Below, one piece after another: positions 56,521 through 64,000 of a stretch of 64,000 nucleotides of DNA. The stretch's first letter is position 1, and each line of letters begins with the position of its first letter. The translations under genes were made by a program, and so were the position numbers. The notes below the pieces were generated by a model. That model ran no database searches, was not told the origin of the DNA, and saw nothing but the letters and a program-made list of their open reading frames with translations. Source of the DNA: an uncultured SAR86 cluster bacterium. GTDB lineage: Bacteria; Pseudomonadota; Gammaproteobacteria; Magnimaribacterales; D2472. The DNA is taken from NCBI GenBank assembly GCA_902594515.1, contig CACJML010000001.1, positions 78,121-142,120 on the forward strand. The letters are read 5' to 3'.

Positions 56521-59500
56521 ATGAATCCCATAGAAATATTCCTTGAAAGACCTAGAGTCTTTATTCTAACAATTATATTTATTTTAATTTCAGGATTTTT
56601 TGCTCTTAATTCTGTTCCAAGGCAAGAAAATCCAGAGCTTGCCCAAAGATGGTCAAACGTTCAGGTTATTTATCCGGGAGCCTCTCCCGAAAGAATTGAA
56701 ACTCAAGTATTAGAGCCACTTGAAGCTAAATTAAGAGAAGTTTTTGAAGTAAGAAGATTAGTCTCCTCAGCTTCAGATGGCTTCAGTCTGACCTTGGTTG
56801 AGCTAAAAGAAGATGTAGATCCATCTCTTATCGAAGATGCATGGTCAGAAGTTCAGGACAAGATTGATCAGGCTAAAGTTAACTTACCGCGAAATGTAGA
56901 TACGGAATTAATAAGAAGTAGTGGTCCACCAGCTACATTAATTTATGCAATTAAATGGATGGAAGATGGTCCTCCACCAAAAATTCTTATGACCAGGGTG
57001 GCAGATGATTTAAGGCTGGAGCTGGCGTATGGCGGAGGCACGGATAAAGCCTTTATATTTGGTGGCACCGAGGAAGAAGTCCTTATTGAGATTGATAATG
57101 CAAGAATCTCTAGCATGGGATTATCATTCCAAGAAATAGCAAATCGAGTCCAAGCTTTAGATAACAAAAGACCTATAGGAGTATTCACAGATCAAAGTAG
57201 TGAAATATTGGTCAAATCAAAGGATAACTTTAGGACTATTCAAGAAATAGAAGACTTACCAATAGAGACTTTTGATGGAACGGAAATAGTCAGGCTTGGG
57301 GACATTGCTAGCGTTAAGAAAACTCCAAGAATTCCTTCTGAAGAAATAATTTATGTAGATGGGCAGCCTGCAATCTTGATTCAAGTACATGCAGCTTTTC
57401 AGCAAAGGATAGATTTATATGTAAATAATCTTGAAAAAATTGCCGAAGCCTATGATAAAAACCTTCCTGATGAGTTAAGTGTGGTAAAGCTCTATGATGA
57501 ATCCTTTTACCTAAATCAGAAATTTGACAATCTTTCTTGGAGCATCTTTTTTGCAACCAATATTGTTATATTGCTAAGCTTTTTCTTGCTGGGACTTAGG
57601 TCTGCTTTAATTGTAGGCGTAACCATTCCGCTGACTATTTGTTTGGTTCTTTTGGGTTGTAATTTATTGGGATTGCCACTCCATCAAACATCCATGACAG
57701 GAATAATAATTGCACTGGGATTACTTATTGATAATGCAATTATTATGGTTGAAGACTATAAATTTAGACGGCGAAGCGGTCATGCTCCCAGAAGTGCAGC
57801 TTTAATTTCATTTAAACATCTTTGGGTGCCATTAGCGGCTGCTACAGCAACCACAGCGTTTGCTTTTCTACCGATTGCTGCAGGGAAGGGTCCAAGTTCA
57901 GAATTTGTCGGCGGTATGGCAATCACAGTAATTCTTTCGGTGTGTGGCTCCTTATTTTTAGCTTTATTCATAACTCCTGTTTTTCTAAACCTTTTAGAAA
58001 AAATTCCACTATTTAAAAGTCAAAAACTTGCTACCGAGGGCTATTCAAATGAAGATTTAGCTCGCCACTATCGCAACTTCTTAAAGTGGTCATTTGACAA
58101 ACCTCGTCGGGGTATTTTATTAGCACTTATTCTTCCTACCATCGGTTTTCTAGCGTTCCCATTACTTAAGCAAGATTTTTTCCCTGAGTTAGATCGAAAT
58201 ATGTTCAGGGTTATAGTTGAGCTACCACCAAACTCTTCAATTGATGCAACTGAAAAAGAGATTCTTAGATTAAGGGAGGAGATGTATGAAAAGGCAGGCT
58301 TTGAGATTAAATCTGATGTTTGGTTTATTGGGCGAAACCTTCCACGTGTTCTTTACAATGTAATCGGAGGAGACTCACCTTTAGGTAATAACAATGTAGC
58401 AGATGCATTTTTTATTTCTGAAGACTACTCCAAAATGATGAAAGGCCTCCCAGCATTAGCAAGGTCTATGGTTGAAACAAATCCTGATCTCAGAATCATT
58501 ATTGATAAGTTTGATTCTGGTCCACCAGTTTTTGCTGCTGTTGAGTATCGAATATTAGGAGATGATCCAAAGGTTTTACAAGTATTGGGTGAGCAATTAG
58601 AGCTGATCATGAATAATGCACCGGATGTTTTCTTAACAAGAGCAGATCTATCTCAAATCAGCGCAAAGTTTGAAATTGATTTCAATAATTCTCAATTATT
58701 ATTATCTGGTGTAAACACACAGGTTCTTTTAAATGAAATCTCTATAGCAACTCAAGGCATTAATGTTGGAACAATGCTTGATGGAAATAAAGAAATTCCT
58801 TTAAGAATTAGAGGGATGAAGTATCAAGATTTGAATGATTCAATTCAATACATCTCCATTCCCGGAGATAATTCCCTTAATTACTCTTCTAGTTTTGGTG
58901 AGCTTAAATTAACCTCCAAGCCAACATCACTAGCTCGTTTTAAAGGCTCTAAGTCAAATACTGTTCAAGGTTGGATTTGGCCAGACAAACTTGCATCAGG
59001 CACCGAACGCTACATTAAGACTTCCATTGATAAATTTAAAGAGTCTTTACCTCCCGGATATCGATTAGAGCTTTCTGGTGAGGCTGAATCTAGATCAGAG
59101 TCGCAAGGACAACTTTTTTCCTCTGCTGCAATATTTTTTATCCTAATAATTATTGCTCTAATTTCTGCGCTCAATTCTTTTAGAGAGGCAACAATTATCT
59201 TAAGCGTTGCAATACTATGTACAGGCTTGGCTTTTGTGGGCTTGGTCTTGGGGAATGCTAATTTTGGTTTTATAGGTTTGGTTGGAGCAGTAGGTCTAGT
59301 CGGTTTATCCATCAATGATTCAATAGTTGTTCTATCTCATATTAAAGAGGCAAATGAGAATAATGATCTCACTAAGGAAGGATTGATAGATGTGGTGATG
59401 CGCTCCACTAGACATATCATTACAACCTCGGTGACTACCATAGGAGGATTCTTACCTCTGCTAGTTTCAAGTATATTTTTTAAACCCCTTGCTTGGGCAA

Positions 59501-59583
59501 TGGCGGGCGGAGTCTTTGGAGCAACAATAATTGCTTTATTTTATATTCCCAGCCTTTATCTCATCAAAGAGAAGATAATTTGA
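56521..59583 (+). CDS. RND efflux permease (AcrB/AcrD/AcrF family)
   Basis: 1020 aa with 12-TM RND topology and two large periplasmic loops. It has the N-terminal ..ERPRVFILTIIFILISGFFAL..PRQENPEL... Confidence 0.92.
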   Translation: MNPIEIFLERPRVFILTIIFILISGFFALNSVPRQENPELAQRWSNVQVIYPGASPERIETQVLEPLEAKLREVFEVRRLVSSASDGFSLTLVELKEDVDPSLIEDAWSEVQDKIDQAKVNLPRNVDTELIRSSGPPATLIYAIKWMEDGPPPKILMTRVADDLRLELAYGGGTDKAFIFGGTEEEVLIEIDNARISSMGLSFQEIANRVQALDNKRPIGVFTDQSSEILVKSKDNFRTIQEIEDLPIETFDGTEIVRLGDIASVKKTPRIPSEEIIYVDGQPAILIQVHAAFQQRIDLYVNNLEKIAEAYDKNLPDELSVVKLYDESFYLNQKFDNLSWSIFFATNIVILLSFFLLGLRSALIVGVTIPLTICLVLLGCNLLGLPLHQTSMTGIIIALGLLIDNAIIMVEDYKFRRRSGHAPRSAALISFKHLWVPLAAATATTAFAFLPIAAGKGPSSEFVGGMAITVILSVCGSLFLALFITPVFLNLLEKIPLFKSQKLATEGYSNEDLARHYRNFLKWSFDKPRRGILLALILPTIGFLAFPLLKQDFFPELDRNMFRVIVELPPNSSIDATEKEILRLREEMYEKAGFEIKSDVWFIGRNLPRVLYNVIGGDSPLGNNNVADAFFISEDYSKMMKGLPALARSMVETNPDLRIIIDKFDSGPPVFAAVEYRILGDDPKVLQVLGEQLELIMNNAPDVFLTRADLSQISAKFEIDFNNSQLLLSGVNTQVLLNEISIATQGINVGTMLDGNKEIPLRIRGMKYQDLNDSIQYISIPGDNSLNYSSSFGELKLTSKPTSLARFKGSKSNTVQGWIWPDKLASGTERYIKTSIDKFKESLPPGYRLELSGEAESRSESQGQLFSSAAIFFILIIIALISALNSFREATIILSVAILCTGLAFVGLVLGNANFGFIGLVGAVGLVGLSINDSIVVLSHIKEANENNDLTKEGLIDVVMRSTRHIITTSVTTIGGFLPLLVSSIFFKPLAWAMAGGVFGATIIALFYIPSLYLIKEKII

Positions 59584-59584
59584 T

Positions 59585-60412
59585 TTAGGAGTCTTTTTGT
59601 AAGGGTTTTGGAGCCCTCATTTCTACTGTAGCTGCTTGAGTTGTAACTCTTGATGTTTTTAAATCTTGATCAGGATAATTTATTGCAATAACTTCATTTA
59701 CCTCTTCAAGTAAATCAAGGTATCCTAAATTTTCATATGATTGTTGAAGTATGTATAGAGCCCTAAGATTCTCGCTAGAATTAGGAATATTTTCAATAAC
59801 ATATTTAGCTCTTCTGAGTGATGCGATGTATGCTTTTCTTTTTATGTAATATTCAGCAGCGGTAAGCTCATGCCTTGCTATCATATTTCTTAAATAGATT
59901 AATCTTTGATTAGCATAAGGAGCATATTGGCTCTCTGGAAAACGCATAAGAAATTCAGTCAGCTCAGCGAATGATTGTTTTGCACCCGAGATATCACGCC
60001 TTTGTAAAGTGCTTTGAAAAAGTCGAGCAAAGAAGCTTTTATCACGAGTATAATTTGTTATGCCCCTCATAAAGTACGCATAATCAATATTGGGATGTCT
60101 TGGGTGCATTCTGATAAAGGTTTCTGCAGCAGAGTAGGAGGCTTCATCATCTCCATTCATGTAATGAGCATAAATAAGCTCAGACTGTGCTTGTTCAGCA
60201 TACCTTCCAAATGGATATCTTGTAACAATCATCTCAAGGGCTTCAATTGCTGAAAAATAATTACTTGCTTTCATTCGACTTTGTGCAATTTCGTAGTATT
60301 GTTGCTCTGGCTGCTCAATAACTTTTCCGTCTGAGCTGCATCCTGTGAATACAATTAACAAAGCAAGTATGGCTAGGTTACTTTTGAGCAATTTTTTGAT
60401 ATGTATACTCAT
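59585..60412 (-). CDS. bamD: Outer-membrane protein assembly factor BamD
   Basis: It has the lipobox LIVFTGC and TPR-like repeats. ..YAYFMRGITNY.. and ..AEYYIKRKAYIAS.. parallel E. coli BamD. It is divergent from rluD, as in E. coli. Confidence 0.9.
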   Translation of the reverse strand: MSIHIKKLLKSNLAILALLIVFTGCSSDGKVIEQPEQQYYEIAQSRMKASNYFSAIEALEMIVTRYPFGRYAEQAQSELIYAHYMNGDDEASYSAAETFIRMHPRHPNIDYAYFMRGITNYTRDKSFFARLFQSTLQRRDISGAKQSFAELTEFLMRFPESQYAPYANQRLIYLRNMIARHELTAAEYYIKRKAYIASLRRAKYVIENIPNSSENLRALYILQQSYENLGYLDLLEEVNEVIAINYPDQDLKTSRVTTQAATVEMRAPKPLQKDS

Positions 60413-60500
60413 AATTTGGCAACATTTTACCCTTTTAATTCTAAGCTTAGTAAACTAATCATAAAAATTTTTAGACTATTAAATTTTTTGTCAGTTCCTT

Positions 60501-61445
60501 ATGAAGCATAAAAAGTTAGAAATTCCTGAAATCCTGCATGGTAAAAGGGCTGATATTGCAATTAGTGAGCTTCTTGGCAATGAATTATCTAGAAATCAGA
60601 CCAAGGATTTAATTAAATCGGGTGATATTTTGATTAATGATGAGCAGTGCAAGCCAAAAGATAAAGTCTGTCATAATGATCAAATACATGTCTCCATTCC
60701 AAATACCGAAGTATCTTCATGGACCGCAGAGGATATTAAACTTGATATTATTTTTGCATGTGATGATTATGCAATCATAGATAAACCAGCTGGGATAGTA
60801 ATGCACCCTGGAGCAGGTGTTAAGTCAGGCACTCTAGCAAATGCAGTAGCAAAAATTTTTCCAGAAGTTTTAAGCCTTCCAAGAAACGGAATAGTGCACA
60901 GGCTTGATAAAGATACCTCAGGGTTAGTAGTTATTGCGAGAAAAAATGGTTTTAGAAATCACATTGCTGAGCAATTCCAAAATAGAAGAGTAGAAAAAAA
61001 ATATCTAGCAGTAATAAAGGGTGAGATTCTTGGTGCTCTTACTTTAGACAAGCCTATTGCCAGGGATAGACAAAATAGAACTAAGATGAAAGTTGATGAA
61101 AGTGGAAGAGAGGCTATATCCGAAGCGATATCTTTAGAAAGTTTTGATGGATACTCTTTGGTTGAAGTAAGAATTGAAACCGGAAGGACCCATCAAATAC
61201 GAGTGCATTTAAGCTCAAATAAAACTCCAATAATTGGAGACAAGGCTTATGGTTCTGGAAGCCAACTAATCAAGAACCTTTCTGAAGATTTAAAGGATAA
61301 AATTTTGTCATTTCCAAGGCAGGCTCTCCATGCATATCAATTAGCATTTCTGGATGCTAGCAATGATATGCAGACTTATAAGAGTGATCCACCAGATGAC
61401 ATCTTAGGCTTAATAGAATCATTGAGGAGCAATGAAAATGCTTGA
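60501..61445 (+). CDS. rluD: 23S rRNA pseudouridine synthase RluD
   Basis: It has an S4 domain, then the catalytic HRLDKDTSGLVVIA motif and RTHQIRVH. Confidence 0.9.
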   Translation: MKHKKLEIPEILHGKRADIAISELLGNELSRNQTKDLIKSGDILINDEQCKPKDKVCHNDQIHVSIPNTEVSSWTAEDIKLDIIFACDDYAIIDKPAGIVMHPGAGVKSGTLANAVAKIFPEVLSLPRNGIVHRLDKDTSGLVVIARKNGFRNHIAEQFQNRRVEKKYLAVIKGEILGALTLDKPIARDRQNRTKMKVDESGREAISEAISLESFDGYSLVEVRIETGRTHQIRVHLSSNKTPIIGDKAYGSGSQLIKNLSEDLKDKILSFPRQALHAYQLAFLDASNDMQTYKSDPPDDILGLIESLRSNENA

Positions 61446-61505
61446 AATACTTGTTTTTACAAGAATTTAAGGTATAAATCCATCTTCCAATTTAGATTAT
61501 TAGGT

Positions 61506-63238
61506 ATGAACTTATCTGGCGGTGACATGTTAATGCGGGCTCTTAGAGAAGAGGGCGTTAAATTTATATTCGGCTATCCCGGAGGAGCTGCTTTACATAT
61601 TTACGATTCTGTTTTCCGTCAAAAGAGTATTGAGCACATTTTAGTTAGACATGAGCAAGGCGCCACTCATGCAGCTGATGGTTATGCAAGAGCTACTGGA
61701 AAGCCTGGAGTTGTACTGGTCACCTCCGGACCCGGGGCCACAAATGCAATTACTGGGATAGCAACAGCTTTCATGGACTCCATTCCTATGATTGTTATCT
61801 CAGGTCAAGTTCAAAGCCATTTAATAGGAACAGATTCATTCCAGGAAACTGACATGATTGGTATTTCGAGGCCAATAGTTAAGCACAGTTATATTATTCA
61901 AGATGTTCGGGATATTCCAAAAGTAGTCCAAGAAGCATTTCATATAGCCACTTCAGGAAGGCCTGGACCAGTCGTAATTGATATTCCTAAAGATATGACT
62001 GATCCTTCTAAAAAGTTTAAATATCTAAAACCAGCTAATCCTGACATTAGATCGTATAAACCAAAATCATTGCCACATCCAGGGCAGATAAAAAAAGCAG
62101 CAAAAGCTATCTTGTCATCCGAGAGGCCAGTAATTTATTCAGGTGGTGGAGTAATCATTGGCAATGCTTCTAAAGAATTAAATGACCTTAATAAGCTCTT
62201 AAAAGTACCATTAACTAGTACTCTAATGGGTCTCGGAGCATTCCCTGCAAATAATAAACTTTTTCTTGGCATGCTGGGCATGCATGGCACTTATCAAGCA
62301 AATATGTCAATGCATAATGCAGATCTTATTCTAGCTATAGGCGCAAGGTTCGATGATAGGATTACCAACACTCCAGCACTTTTTGCACCTAATGCAAAAA
62401 TTGTTCATATAGATGTTGATCCAGCCTCAATATCAAAAATTATCAATGCTGATATCCCCATAGTTGGGCAAGTGAAGGAATCATTGCAGGCTCTTATAAA
62501 AGAAATCAAAAGGTCAAAGATAAAAATTGATTCAGATGCTATTGAAGATTGGCTAAACAAAATTAATATTTGGAGAGAGAAGCATGGTCTTGATCATGAA
62601 CTTTATATGAAACACCTCAAAACTAAGGCAATTTTGCCACAAGCTGTTGTTCAGGAGCTATATCATGCAACAAATGGAGATGCTTACGTAACTTCAGATG
62701 TGGGTCAACATCAGATGTTTGTTGCACAGTATTATCATTTTAATAAGCCAAGGAGATGGATTAATTCTGGTGGCTTGGGAACAATGGGATTCGGTTTGCC
62801 AGCTGCTTTAGGTGTTAAGCTGGCTTTCCCAAAAAAAGAGGTAGTTTGTGTTACGGGTGAAGGCAGCATTCAGATGTGCATCCAAGAACTTTCTACCTGC
62901 TTGCAGTATGGATTACCTATAAAAATTATTAATATCAATAATGAAGCACTTGGCATGGTTAAGCAGTGGCAAGACATGAACTATGGTGGAAGACATTCAG
63001 AAAGCACATATCAAAATTCATTACCGGATTTTGTAAAGCTGACAGAATCATATGGCCATGTTGGAATGCGAGTAAAAAAATATGCTGATCTAAGGCCAGC
63101 ACTTAACAAAGCTTTTTCCATGAAGAGAAAATTGGTTTTCATAGATGTATTGGTGGATCCAAATGAGCATGTGTACCCAATGCTTGTTGCACCAAATGGA
63201 AGTATGAAAGATATGTGGCTGAGCAAATCAGATAAAGT

Positions 63239-63242
<4 letters not shown>
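61506..63242 (+). CDS. ilvI: Acetolactate synthase large (catalytic) subunit
   Basis: 578 aa. It has the ThDP-enzyme N-terminus ..GYPGGAALHIYD.. and the ThDP motif GGLGTMGFGLPAA. Confidence 0.95.

Positions 63243-64000
<758 letters not shown>

Noticed and set aside
61446-61505. The region upstream of ilvI could hold a leader peptide or attenuator, and there is a small hairpin CTTGT-TTTT-ACAAG at 61450-61463.
   Set aside because: The 60-nt spacer has no Ile/Val/Leu-rich mini-ORF. The 5-bp stem is marginal and is not followed by a U-run.

Overview
This is a densely packed, visibly AT-rich chromosomal segment (about one-third G+C by eye, not computed). I support about 63 protein-coding genes and found no rRNA, tRNA, CRISPR array, transposase or integrase, and no repeat family. 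Gene order is gammaproteobacterial: bamD divergent from rluD, trxA-rho, aroQ-accB-accC, leuS-lptE-holA, mrdA-rodA-mltB-dac, parE-parC, ilvI-ilvH-ilvC and hemC-hemD. Together with the extreme compaction, this suggests a streamlined marine gammaproteobacterium, but that is inference only. Most content is core housekeeping. The regions I rate most worth follow-up are listed here.

1. An OxyR-associated operon on the minus strand encodes an erythrin-type rubrerythrin, a CCG-domain Fe-S protein and a DUF3501 protein. It carries a near-perfect four-element OxyR-type box and a GNRA-capped hairpin between cistrons. The divergent OxyR lacks the second redox cysteine.
2. A metH-btuB-cobO-small membrane protein cobalamin-salvage module has no room for a B12 riboswitch. 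A possible SAM-II/SAM-V-like pseudoknot sits in the metH leader.
3. A stand-alone DsbD N-terminal domain gene occupies the position where some gammaproteobacteria carry dsbD.
4. An uncharacterised 366-aa gene is translationally spliced into the conserved leuS-lptE-holA operon.
5. There are two class-B flavoprotein monooxygenases. One carries a type-I BVMO fingerprint. The other carries an FMO fingerprint and is coupled to an HSL-type esterase.
6. Genome architecture is unusual: shared palindromic stop codons at convergent junctions, start codons of divergent genes 6-23 nt apart, and thiC without a recognisable TPP riboswitch fused to parE-parC.

All family calls come from reading the supplied translations against remembered motifs. 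No searches or folding programs were run.
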